Below are positions 1 to 11,787 of a stretch of 53,610 nucleotides of DNA, one piece after another. Positions within the stretch are counted from its first letter, which is position 1. Each line of letters begins with the position of its first letter. This DNA is from Octopus bimaculoides (Eukaryota). Made by a program: the position numbers and the translations under genes. The notes beneath the pieces are model-generated. The model did not search any database and had not been told where the DNA came from. It saw only the letters and a list, made by a program, of their open reading frames with translations. The stretch is taken from assembly GCF_001194135.2 (NCBI RefSeq), contig NC_068986.1, positions 63,303,335-63,356,944 of the forward strand, in the 5' to 3' direction.

Positions 1-3000
1 ATATATATATATATATAGATGTAAGTGGAGGAGCTGGTTTAGTCACTAACCACTCAGCCATAGAACAGGTAGTACTGGTTTACATGCTACCAGTGGCAGG
101 TCACATTATCTTGTGATTCGATAACTGACTTGATTGTGTTTTTATAGAGTACATATCTATTACAAGAAGGGTGTTTTGAAGTTTGGGCTTGCTATCCTCT
201 GATGACAGTCTGACAAAGGCTAGCACCCCAAAACTTTACAGTTACTGTCACCCCTCTTCTTGTAAAAGTGCAATAAATATATATTCATATATGTAGGTAG
301 ATAAATTCACAAAAGGCTTCCATTCAACTTCTATACCAATTTCACTAACAAGAAAATAGTCAGCTTGACCTGAGGCTATAGTATTAGATACTTGCTAACA
401 GTAGAATGGAACCTGAAACCACATGGCTGCAAAATGAACTTTGTAACCGCACAGTTATATGCGTGTGTGTCTGTGTGTTGATATGAGAGAGAAACAGAGA
501 GGGGGTGAGTATCTCAGTTATTGCCTCTTGTTCTTCAGTTGTTGCATCACCACTGCTGTTGTATTCAATAATTTGTCAGGATCAGAGAAAGCGAAATGTT
601 ACTGGTGTTTTGGGACCCATGTTTTATGTTTCCTCTCTTTCTTTCTCTCTCCATTGAATGGAGAAAGTTCTATTGAAGCTGTTTGTAACCAATTTTAAGG
701 CATCTGAATATTTTGCCAGGATATGAGTGCATGGTTGCATAACAAACACTTGTTCAATGCAGATCATTTAAGTGTCATGAATAGTAGAAATTTTTGTTTC
801 TTTTTTGTTTATCTTTCCTCTCCGCAATCCCTTGAGTCTCATGTTATTTAATGTTCCTCAGTTAAACAGCGTCTCTACCAAGCAAATAGCCTTTTATTTA
901 TTTCATATGTATTTATTTGTGTGTGTGGTGAAGTGTTGTGTCATGTTATGAGATGTAGTGTGTGTGTGTGTGTGTGTCTCTGTGTGTGTGAAGATATATA
1001 TAATTTCACATTTGAAAGATGAAGTCTTAATATAACATTTGGCAACATTTAGTGCCATGATTATCGTCAATCACATAAAAACTAAACTGTGATGACAAAA
1101 AAAAAGTGCATTAACATATCTCCTGTTGCTTTTAAATGCAGATACTGAATTTTGTTGCTTTAAGATTCCATGAATATAAGCACTCTATAAGAAAACTCCA
1201 TAAATATTCACCAGAATCTGAATATTTACAAAGACAATTTTCTAAACTTTAAATCTTTGATCTCCTAATGCAGTTCTATAAACTATATTACCTTTTTATT
1301 TTTTTATTTTTTAAAAATTTACTTTTCCTTTTACACAGTTCTGTCATATTACAAGTATCATAAGCTTCCCATTCAAATCTTTTACGTTATTTCACACTGT
1401 CTTGCTCATTTGGAGTTATAATAATTTCAGGAATGACACATCTCATATTCCCCACCACCACCACCACCACTGTCACTATCAGTAAACTGCTATTACTTTG
1501 ATATAGCACTTAGAATCACATGGCATCTTGAAATAATTATTCTCTACTGTGTTTTGCTTAAAGTTCTGCCCCTACCCATCATTTTTAAAACTGTTTTTCA
1601 TATATTTATTTTTCACTTGTTATTTTTTCCTCTATCTTATAAATTATGGCAACATTTATATGTTATAAAAGAAAGAAAAAATTATGGAGGATTCCCTAAG
1701 AATTTAAGTACAAGTTTCTGTGTAGAGTAAAGTTATCTTCTAACTGAAATGGATAAAGCTGATGAAAAACCTATCTGAAGTTCCAAAACAATGTCAATAA
1801 TTAATGTTATTTTATGAATGATTGAAACTGCTTCCACAGTTTTCAATTGGTTGTAGGATCACTGATGAAACATTTGTCTTTATACAGTGCTGCAAGTCAG
1901 CATTGCCAAAATCTTTATTTTATAAACGGTTCAGTCTGTCTGTTTATTGGAGATATAAAGAGTAACAGAAAGGAAATGATCCAACTGGGAATAGAAGCTA
2001 TGTTACAGATTAGCTCAGTAGAAGAATGACTATTCATCTCTTTATGGTGTTTCCACAATATGTTATTGAGCTACTATTATTATTCTATATGTTCTATTAT
2101 TCTGGCATGAGGGCCCAGCCAGTAGTACCTGTCATTATTATTTAGATCAACCTGTTATTGTTATTTAAATTATAATTTATATACTAGAAATACCCATGGA
2201 AATGCTACAGTAAAATGAGATTTTCTAGATGGTTGTAAGTTTATGGAGCCATAAAACTTACTGTTCCTTTATAAATTCTATATTCTGCATTATTTTCATT
2301 TAAAAACACCTTTCAGTTCTCTATAAGAATGTAATTGAAGGAGCATGACTTCCCCATCTTCTCAGCAGTTCAGAGGTTCATTTACAAATGTAAGTGCTTC
2401 ACAATGATTACAGAGAATGCTCACTCTATACTCTTTGATTCATATTTTCCCTTCTACATGCTGATGTTCCCATGCTTGTTCTGGTGATTCTACCCTTTGC
2501 GTCTCTCTCTCTCTCTCTCTCCCTCTCTCTTGCTCTTTCTTTAACCTCACAACAAGAGCATCACCCCTCTGCTAAACATCTTATTTCTAACTCTTTTTCT
2601 CTATATGACTCCTTTCAGCTAACTTTTTAACTAGGTAACAACTATTATGTTACCTTGCCTCATAGCATTAACACTCCTCTCTCCTTCTTCACCTTTCCCT
2701 TCAAGTAATCACTTGACAACATAATGCATTTTGGCATTAGCATATTAATTCTTTTATTCTTTTGTTTTTTACATGTTTCAGTCACTTGACTGTGGCCATG
2801 CTGGAGCACCACCTTAATAAATAGATTTTGACTTTTGCTACAGAATATTTCATTTTATATTAAATATTGTTGATTTTTGTCTGTAGTTTATGAGAGTGTA
2901 ATAGTGTGTTAGGATGGAAATTTCTTATTGTTTTTTCTCAGTTTGAATCTCAAGATAAGGATAAGTATATGTATATGTGTGTGTGTGTGTGTGTGTGTAA

Positions 3001-4658
3001 TGTTCATGTCTTTCTTAAATTGTAAGCAAGTAACATAGCACCAATTTGGTAATCAAGTTGGGAACATGGCTCATTAGGACCTTACTTTCTGCTTCTTCAG
3101 TAACATCTTTTTGAATGTCATGTAAGAAAAAGAAACTCCTTAAATGCATTGATTACTATAGCTCAAAGCATATTTTTAAGTAGTGAAGGCACATGGCAGA
3201 GGTATGGGTGTTAAGTTCATAATCTAATGATTGTGAGTTTAGTTTTTGGACAAAGTGATACATTGTGTCCTTGAGCAAGGCACTTTATTTCATATTATTT
3301 TGGTCCACTCAGCTTAAAATGAGCAATGAGGTTAACTTAGTAGCTGACTGGCCTCTCGTTCCATAGGAAGTCTTGTACTCTCATTCACTTGAATGCTATT
3401 GTAGCTGGGATAAACACTGGTCTATTGGGCCCATGAGCTCAAGACAGACTTATTTTAAAATGTATTCAAATGGAGTAGGCATTGTTAGAAATTAATAGCT
3501 CTAAACTTAATGCATTATTAATTAAACAAAATATATAGATAGTTTTGGTGTATATTCTTTCACTGACATTGATGGTTATCATGGAAGAGCAGGATATTTG
3601 CTTCATGCAAGGCACATACTTTGTTCTTGTTTACATACTTAAATTCTGTATGTACTCTATATGTACTCCTGTATTTCATGTTCTCTTTAGTTCAAGCCTC
3701 TTATTGTTTTTTTTCTTTTACAGTTGAATGTACCTCTGTGATCCTAAGTTATGTTCATTAGTGTTTTGCTCAGTAGAATATTGATGGTCACTAACAAAGC
3801 TGAAATCAATTTAAATTACTTTTTTTTTTCCATCTGTTGCATAAAAGCAACTTCAGTTCATACATTATTACATTGAGGAAAACCTAAACAATGGCAATTT
3901 CCTTAAAGTCAGCAGAATAAAGCCAAACAGACAGGAAGCTTTTTCTAGAGTTCCATATAAGAAAGAATCCTGTTGTTCCTTCTCAATCTCTTGTGCAGTT
4001 TGACAAGCACTTTTCTCTTTACAATAACCATTGTTGGCATTTCATTTGGTACTGTCATTCTAAAAGCTTTAGAACCAGCTCTGCATTTAATTCCTTCATT
4101 TATATAAGTCATCTAAAAATAAACCTTTTCCTTTTATTTTATCATTCTATTATGGAGTAAATTGCTTTAGGTTCCTTATTGTCTTCTTCACTACCACTAT
4201 CATCCACTTCTTTTCTTTTCCACCAGCCAGTCATCTTTTGATTCAATGCATATAAAAGTTGCTACATAGCATATTTGAAAACATTGTCTTTCCCTTGTGT
4301 TCTATAAATATACAAATGAAGAATTCCTGCTCCATTTGTAAGAGAACTGTTTTTAATACAACAACCTGGCTGGTGTTGTAAAATTTCGCTCCAGAAATAG
4401 AATCTTGGCAAGGATGTATGTAACTCAATGCAGTCTTTAAACTGTTTCTGTTTTGCCTACTGCCATTACAATTTAGTTGCTGAAACTTGAATCAAATTCG
4501 TTTCTCTCTTATAATGTATCAGTTTAGAGTATTTGTGTTACCATAGTAATTCAATATATATTAGGAGATGTAAGCATTTAGTAAAGCTTAAGCCATCATT
4601 ATCATCAGTACAGCTCATACTGTGAAATGATAATTAACCAAGAATTCAAATTCTCTGC

Positions 4659-4718
<60 letters not shown>

Positions 4719-6177
4719 TGGATGACTTTGAGCATACAAATTTTATTCTATTTGTTTTAGTTCATTTAACAATGAAAACTAGGAAAATAGGTACCAGATA
4801 TTGGAAAAGTTACATGTGATACACTGATAGCCTCACATCTTGAAAGTTGGTTCAGTTTCTAAAGGCTAATGATCTCTCTCTCTCTCTCACTTGTCTGTTG
4901 TAAATCTTGTTAACTAATATATAAATATCTAATGAAGTCTGGTACAGTGGTAATATAATTGTTTGAAACAGGGCTGTTGACCCATTCCCAATCAAAATAT
5001 TTTCTCCTATTAATGACAGATGTAAGATGTATCTATTAATGGTGTATAATTCACAGCAAGGTAGACCAAGCTGGTGACAATTAAATTACTTGGCCTTACA
5101 CTATACATTATTGGTAGTTTTGTTTTTTTATTTTTATTTATAATCTATTGGTTTCGTCTAGAGGAAAGTGAGCTTCTGCAGGCCCTCCAGCACTTGAGAA
5201 TTCAGCAGTTAACATCCTCTTGAACAGTTGCAAATCAAAAGCAGCTGATAAATATGTATAGGGATGTAATTCCTTCAAAGAAAGGATCTGACATAGTGGT
5301 TAGTACTGATCATGGGGTGATGATGAACATAATATGGGATAATTTCCTTTTTTAACTTGGTAGGATTTGGTTTAAGGCAACTATTTAAAGGTTGATCAAG
5401 ACCTCTGTGATCCTTTGGGCTGGTGCTTTTCTCTGGTTTACATCGTATTAAATACATACAACAAATCTCCTGGTAGGATGTCAATTTGTTGTAAGGAACT
5501 TGACTGTTAGCAGAATTGAATTCATTTCTGCAAGCCATTGGAATACAAATGAATTTTATATGTGGCACTGCAGTTGCTGGTGTTTAAACTTGTCCCTTAC
5601 CCTGCTATATCTACTAGCAACTAGGTGGACTAGGCCATGTGGTAATTTCCTTAGCCACAGACTCAATGCAGTAATGGGAATTGTGTGAGGTAAGCAAAAT
5701 ATGATGTTCTGACCATTCATCTTGTGTGAAATCCTTGTGCACTTGTCATTTGTGTTCTCTCACTGATTGATGGTAGTTACAAAAGAATGCTAAGATAAGC
5801 CTGCAAGTTCACACCCACCTCAATCATCTAATCAGTTGATTACCCTTTTCTTTGAAATCGATCTCCATTTTTAGTTGACCTGGTACTTATTTTATTGATC
5901 CACAGAGACACGAGGTTAAGTTGACCTAGGCAGTATTTGAAATGTTGAAACAGAAAGCATCACTTAGTTCTTTACTGTGTAATTCAAGAGCATATACCTG
6001 TAGTATATAGGTAAATGTCTATACATATGTGTGTGTGTTATATCTATGAAAACTGAAATACATGATTATTAGTGAATTGTCTATATGAAACGGTTGCACA
6101 TGTATGTACTACATTTATCCATTTGGACAGTTTTATACACATATAGCATTCTTATAGAAAATCTAATTGTATAGTTT

Positions 6178-6209
<32 letters not shown>

Positions 6210-6212
<3 letters not shown>

Positions 6213-6279
6213 TCCTCAGTCAAATCGTCCAACCCATGCTAGCATGGAAAGCGGACGTTAAACGATGATGATGATGATG
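6210..6279 (+). mobile_element. Extreme 3' tail of RTE-type LINE (or SINE sharing that tail), ending in (GAT)n
   Basis: CAGTCCTCAGTCAAATCGTCCAACCCATGCTAGCATGGAAAGCGGACGTTAAACGATGATG is essentially identical to the 3' end of the RTE copy at 52690-52753. It follows an (AT)n tract. Confidence 0.8.
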
Positions 6280-7184
6280 TTATATTGCTAATTTACAAGT
6301 TTCAATCGTTGATTTATGGCCATACTAGGGCCTGGAATGGTTTTTCCTGGTACTTACTTTTAACTCTACTACTTATTCTACCAGCTTCTTTTTTGGTTGG
6401 ACTATTAAATTACATGGACATAAACAAGCCTACACTGGTTGTCAAGCACTCTCTAAAACATGTTGGGCTATCAAAAGCTTCTGTCTAGCAAATTAACTCA
6501 CAAGGTATTGGTCATCCCATGGCTACAGTAGAATGCACTTACCTGAGTTGTCATACTGTAGGACTGAACTCAAAGCCATGTGGTTGTGAAATGTAGTTAA
6601 GTGAAAGACAGTATTCAATGCCCTTAAGCAGAGTGTGTGTAACATTTTCTTCCAGTCTAAGTTTGTATTTAGCTTCTCATTCTCACATGAGGATTGGGTA
6701 ATAAGAAACTCCAATAAGTTACTCACTCAGAATCAACTTTTAATGTGTGTGTGTGTGTAAGATATATGCAAATTCTGTGTGACTTAGGAAACTGTGGCAA
6801 GTGAACATTTTTATAAATAGAATTATAAGCAGAAACATTATTTCTAAATCTCTCAAAGAGCTCCCCTGTTTGAAAATATAAGGACACATGTTGTGTCATA
6901 TAGCCAGTTGGAAACGACATTTCCTGGGGCTAAACAACAGTAACATTCGTCCCATCCAGGACTGCCACATTATGTTGGCAAATAGTCTTTACTTCAGAAT
7001 TATAAGCTTTCACCGTAAATTGACTGTAGAAAATAGTCTAATATTCGGGCAGATTCCCATGTGTACTTATGCCCATTTTTTTCCTTCACAGGCTGTATAT
7101 TACATACCCTAATATTAAACTATATTCTATAGTCAATATATGGTGAATGTAATTTTATTTACAATATATATATATTATATTTTA

Positions 7185-7332
7185 TTTTATCTATGCACCC
7201 TTCTAAAGCCTAGCCAGGCTCATGGTCCCGGTTTCCCGATTTCTATGGCGTATGTGTTCCCTCCAGCTGGACGGGATGCCAGTCCATCACAGCATTACTC
7301 AAGAAACAGGAAAGAGTACAACAGGGGTTGCC
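7185..7332 (-). mobile_element. 5'-truncated SINE tail
   Basis: Contains CTGGACGGGATGCCAGTCCATC, resembling LINE2-type SINE tails. Family recognised from memory only. Confidence 0.45.
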
Positions 7333-7402
7333 ATGTGTTTCACTGAAATAACATATGTTTGCGAGTGTTAAACAGACTTCTTCAACCAGCTGGTCATGCT
7401 AC

Positions 7403-7445
7403 TTCAGGCTGATGACGAGCAAAGACTCAGAAACATGTCCCTGAA
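7403..7445 (+). ncRNA. Minimal type I hammerhead ribozyme motif (family A) capping an extended stem (7354-7492)
   Basis: Stem I UUCAGG(7403-08)/CCUGAA(7440-45); CUGAUGA 7409-15; stem II GAG/CUC with loop CAAAGA; GAAA 7430-33; palindromic CAUG loop; U7438; cleavage nucleotide C7439. Stem II is imperfect (C7416/A7429 unpaired). Confidence 0.75.
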
Positions 7446-7670
7446 TGCTGGCTAGGCTGGGTGGAGGAGTTTGTCTCCCACTCGCAAACATAAGGACACA
7501 GGAAATGTGTCAAGGCCGACAGGAAATGGTCCAGCTTCCTAGGGTTAAATAGCAGTAGTGTATTCCCTTATTGGGACTGTCACGTTAAGTTGGCAGTATA
7601 CAACTACTTTATCGCATCACTACTGCTTAAGTCTCTCTGAGAGATTTAGAAATGTATTATTTCTAATTTA

Positions 7671-7707
<37 letters not shown>

Positions 7708-7843
7708 GTTTAACGTCCGCTTTCCATGCTAGCATGGGTTGGACGCTTTGACTGAGGACTGGTGAAACCAGATGGCTACACCAAGCTCCAATTTGATTTG
7801 GCAGAGTTTCTACAGCTGGATGCCCTTCCTAACGCCAACCACT
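7671..7843 (-). mobile_element. 3' end of RTE-type LINE with (GAT)n tail, running into an assembly gap
   Basis: Reverse complement of the tail at 52610-52753; (CAT)n at 7671-7707. Confidence 0.8.
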
Positions 7844-8397
7844 NNNNNNNNNNNNNNNNNNNNNNNNNNNNNNNNNNNNNNNNNNNNNNNNNNNNNNNNN
7901 NNNNNNNNNNNNNNNNNNNNNNNNNNNNNNNNNNNNNNNNNNNNNNNNNNNNNNNNNNNNNNNNNNNNNNNNNNNNNNNNNNNNNNNNNNNNNNNNNNNN
8001 NNNNNNNNNNNNNNNNNNNNNNNNNNNNNNNNNNNNNNNNNNNNNNNNNNNNNNNNNNNNNNNNNNNNNNNNNNNNNNNNNNNNNNNNNNNNNNNNNNNN
8101 NNNNNNNNNNNNNNNNNNNNNNNNNNNNNNNNNNNNNNNNNNNNNNNNNNNNNNNNNNNNNNNNNNNNNNNNNNNNNNNNNNNNNNNNNNNNNNNNNNNN
8201 NNNNNNNNNNNNNNNNNNNNNNNNNNNNNNNNNNNNNNNNNNNNNNNNNNNNNNNNNNNNNNNNNNNNNNNNNNNNNNNNNNNNNNNNNNNNNNNNNNNN
8301 NNNNNNNNNNNNNNNNNNNNNNNNNNNNNNNNNNNNNNNNNNNNNNNNNNNNNNNNNNNNNNNNNNNNNNNNNNNNNNNNNNNNNNNNNNNNNNNNN
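7844..8397. other. Assembly gap (N run)
   Basis: Run of N. ORFs spanning it are artefacts. Confidence 1.
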
Positions 8398-8708
8398 ATA
8401 TATATATATATATATATATATATACAGTAGCGAGCAAAAAAAGAGAATGGTTAATATTTTTTTATTAATTTCAGAAGATCCAGTAAACGTACAAATTCGC
8501 AATTGGTTTCGTAAATACAGTTAACCATTAGCTAAATTCTGTGAAAAATCTAAGCTTGTACAATGGTCTTAATAAAAGTTAATAACACTTATACTAGTTT
8601 CATCCAAATATTTCATGTGCAAAATAAGAGAATCAAACCAAAAAATTCATCAGTTAACTCAAAACAATAATAATGATTGAAAGAAATGTAAATATGAACT
8701 CAATACAG

Positions 8709-9731
8709 TTAGTATGATGTTTGTAGACCTTTTTCAGAGGTCTCCTCTGCACACAAACTGCCACAGGGCATAACAAGTTTCCTGCACAGGTCAGGTGTTA
8801 CTTTCTTCCATTCCTCTTCTAATATCTCCCATAAATTTGTCATAGTAGTTGGTGCCCTTTGTGTTATTTTGTCTTCAAGTATCTTCCAAAGGTTTTCAAC
8901 AAGATTTAAGTTTGGACTTTGTGCTGGCCACTTCATTACTTGGATACTTTGTTCACTAAAGAATCCAGTGACATGCTTTCCAGTATGATAAGGGACGTTA
9001 TCTTACATGAAAATGCACGGTTGATTCGGAAATGCTCGTAATGATGGGATCACATTCTGTTTAACCAAATTCAAACAGATATTAGCATTAATAGTCCCTT
9101 TAATTTACACTAGAGGGCCAACTCCTTCAGAAGAAATCATTCCCCACATCATGACATTTCCTCCTCCAAACTTGGCAGCTTTCGTCAGGCACTTGGATTT
9201 TAGCCGATCTCCTTCAAACCATCTAATATACTGTCTACCATCTGAACCTACTAAATTGAATTTGCTTTCATCATTAACATGAACTTTTGACCAGTTTTCA
9301 TCCCTCCATTTCACATTTAGCTTCTGCAAATGAAAGTCTTTCCAATTTGTTCTTCTTGCTGATGGTAGGTCTCATTGCTGGGGAAAAGTCTTTTATCCAA
9401 ATTTCTTCAGACAACGAGACACTGTAAAGCAGCTCACTTCTGTACCATTATTTACTTTTATTTTCTTAGAAATTCCAGCCACAGTCTTGAAAGGATCTTT
9501 CAATACGTACTGTTTCATGGCTCAGTCATCTCACATGGTGGTTTTGCGTGGTCTACCAGTTGTCTTTTTCAGTTCAAAACCTTTCATTTCTTCATAGAGC
9601 TTAAGAACATGTGAAGCTACACTCTTAGATCTCCTTATGTCTCGTGAAATAGCCAAGAGAGTCAATTCTGAAACTTTCATCCTGACAATTTCTTTCCAAT
9701 GGTCGGGAGTAACTTTAGTGTGGTGTGCCAT
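8709..9731 (-). pseudogene. Tc1 transposase pseudogene
   Basis: Fragments: N-terminal HTH ending GRPRKTT; NDESKFNL; KFGGGNVMMWG; FM*DNVPYH...WPAQSPNLNLVE with 34 residues between D and E. Contains stops and frameshifts. Confidence 0.9.
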
Positions 9732-9960
9732 GTTCAGAAGTTAGCACAGTACTGAGATGGTAGTAACGTTGAGCCTGCAAATGTAAATAATGTTTGAAAT
9801 TTCCAGAAATTTCTGAAAGAATCTAATCATTCTTTTATTTTGCTCATGAGACATTTGGACAAAACTAGTGTTAGTGTAATACAGTTCTATATTTAAGAGA
9901 TGAGGAATTATGTACATTATTTACAATTGACGGATATTTGTCCTCATCTTGTATGTTGTT

Positions 9961-10006
9961 AACACAACGTTTCGGCTGATATGCCCTCCAGCCTTCATCA
10001 GGTGTC
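9961..10006 (-). ncRNA. Minimal type I hammerhead ribozyme motif (family B), core intact
   Basis: GACAC-CUGAUGA-A-GGCUG-GAGGGCAUAU-CAGCC-GAA-A-CG-U-U-GUGUU. Stem I GACAC/GUGUU, 5-bp stem II, stem III reduced to palindromic ACGU, and one extra A after A9. Confidence 0.75.
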
Positions 10007-10186
10007 TTGGGGAAATTTTGAACCTGGGTTCTCATTCCTAAAATATTTTTCAATATTGTTGTTGTTGTTGTTGTTCAGGTCTCACTGCCTGGAATCGAAC
10101 TTGGAATTTTGGGGTTAGTAGCCCTTGCTACTAACAAGATCGAAAAATACCTTAGGAATGAGAAGCCAGGTTCAAAATTTCCCCAA

Positions 10187-10232
10187 GACACCTGATGATG
10201 GCTGGAGGGTATATCAGCCGAAGCATTGTGTT
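10187..10232 (+). ncRNA. Second, mutated copy of hammerhead family B
   Basis: GACAC-CUGAUGA-U-GGCUG...CAGCC-GAAGCAUU-GUGUU: GAAA is changed to GAAG and the ACGU palindrome is lost. Confidence 0.6.
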
Positions 10233-10475
10233 AACAACAAACAAGATGAGGACAAATATCCGTCAATTGTAAATAATGTAGTGTTAGTATTATTAACTTT
10301 TATTAAGACCAACGTACCAACTTAGATTTTTCAGAGAATTTAGCTAATAGTTAATAATTCCGAATTTGTACATTAATAGTTAATAATAGCTAATAATTCC
10401 GAATTTGTACATTCACTAGCTTTTCTGACATTTAAAAAACATTAATCGTTCTCTTTTTTTGCTCGCTACTGTATA

Positions 10476-11740
10476 TCAGGTCATTAAGAATGAAATGTCC
10501 GATTTTCTTATGCACCAAGTTTGACAGTCATTAACTCTAATGTTTTATCCTGACAATTCTTTGTTTTACAACATTGAAGACTTACATCATCACTTTTTGA
10601 AATGCAATTCATGGTGTCTGATTATATTGTGAGTTTTGTCTTGTAAATCAATTTTTGTGAACCGATGGATAGATAAAAAATTCATGTTGTTTATGAATCT
10701 GGGTTCCATCGTGGAACCTATACATCCCAGACAGCTTGAAACATCAATGAAGTGTTTGGTGAAAATGTGGTGAATGAGTGCACTGTGGGGTGATGGTTTG
10801 AGAAGTTCTGCTCTGGTGACTTTATTTTTGAAAATCAACCCCATGGTAGACCTGAGACCAAGGTGGATAATGATGAGCTGGAAACTGTAGTGGAAGCGGA
10901 TACATCTCAAACTATGCATGAGTTAGCGGCAAAGTTTGATGTTTCGACTCCAACTGTATTGGACCATCTGAAATGGATCAGCAAGGTAAAGAAGCTGGAC
11001 AAGTGGGTGCCACACAAACTGAATGAGCATCAAATGACACATTGTCTTCAAACTTGCTGTTCTTTGCTGTCATGGCATAAAAGCAAACCATTTTTGCATT
11101 GTATTGTCATGTGTGATGGAAAATGGATTCTTTTCAACAATAGCACAGTGGTTGGATAGAGATGAAGTGCCAAAACACAATCCAAAAAAGAATATTCACC
11201 AAAACACGCTAATGGTGTCTGTTTGGTGGTCCAGCACTGGTGTCATCCACTACAGCTTCATAAAACCCAGTAAGTCAATTACAGCAGATATATACATCAA
11301 CCATTTGGATGAAATGATGAGTGAACTTACGATAAAACCGAGATTGGTCAATAGAGACAGGCCATTTCTCTTGCAAGACAATGCTCGACCACATGTTGCA
11401 CAAAGAACGCTACTCAAGTTACAGGAGCTGAACTTGGAAGTACTCTGTCATCCACTATATTCATCAGATCTTACACCAACTGACCATCACATTTTCCAGG
11501 CATTAGACAACTTTTTGCAAGTTAAAAACTTCAAATTTGAAGAAGATACAAACACAGCCTTTCGTGATTCCGTCACCTCTTGCTCTCCAGAATTTTTTGC
11601 TGCCAACATAAATAAGCTACCGATAAAATGGCAAAATTGTGTTGATAATTTAAGTGCATACTTTGATTAACTGCATTGCATTTTGCTAATACAAGGTAAA
11701 ATATTTTTTAAAAATGGACATTTCATTCTTAATGACCTGA
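10476..11740 (+). mobile_element. Full-length mariner element (DD34D, Hsmar1/cecropia-like), inactive
   Basis: TA|TCAGGTCATTAAGAATGAAATGTCC ... GGACATTTCATTCTTAATGACCTGA|TA; 1265 bp. Confidence 0.92.
10667..11670 (+). pseudogene. Mariner transposase pseudogene
   Basis: WFEKFCSGDF, GRP, WVPHKL (WVPHEL motif), CDGKW, LQDNARPH, HPLYSSDLTPTDHH (YSPDL motif). In-frame stops near the 5' end and a frameshift near 11145. Confidence 0.9.
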
Positions 11741-11787
11741 TATGGTGGTTGTCTACTCCTTAAACAGAGTTTGACCACCTCCTGCAC

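Larger units (their letters stand above)
9876..10278 (-). mobile_element. tRNA-headed, hammerhead-bearing non-autonomous retroelement with inverted partial copy (Penelope-like architecture)
   Basis: 10-bp direct repeat TAGTGTTAGT at 9866-9875 and 10279-10288. B box GTTCGATTCC on - strand at 10091-10100, followed by an (AAC)n run. 138-bp inverted arms 9913-10050 and 10143-10280 differ at about 8 positions. Confidence 0.75.
8425..10471 (-). mobile_element. Tc1-family DNA transposon (DD34E), decayed, with long (~210 bp) TIRs
   Basis: TA|CAGTAGCGAGCAAAAAAAGAGAA ... TTCTCTTTTTTTGCTCGCTACTG|TA. TIR similarity extends over ~8425-8634 versus ~9829-10471; the right TIR is interrupted by an insertion. 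Confidence 0.9.

Noticed and set aside
160-280. Imperfect inverted repeat containing CTGATGA at 199-205
   Set aside because: No GAAA and no stem I follow, so it is not a hammerhead. Probably a decayed MITE.
7762-8524. Long ORFs of 130-270 aa at 7762-8524, 11826-12547 and 51882-52688
   Set aside because: They are open only because they run through N gaps and microsatellites.
10076-10130. tRNA gene
   Set aside because: Only the anticodon arm and B box are present; no acceptor stem or D arm. It is a SINE head.
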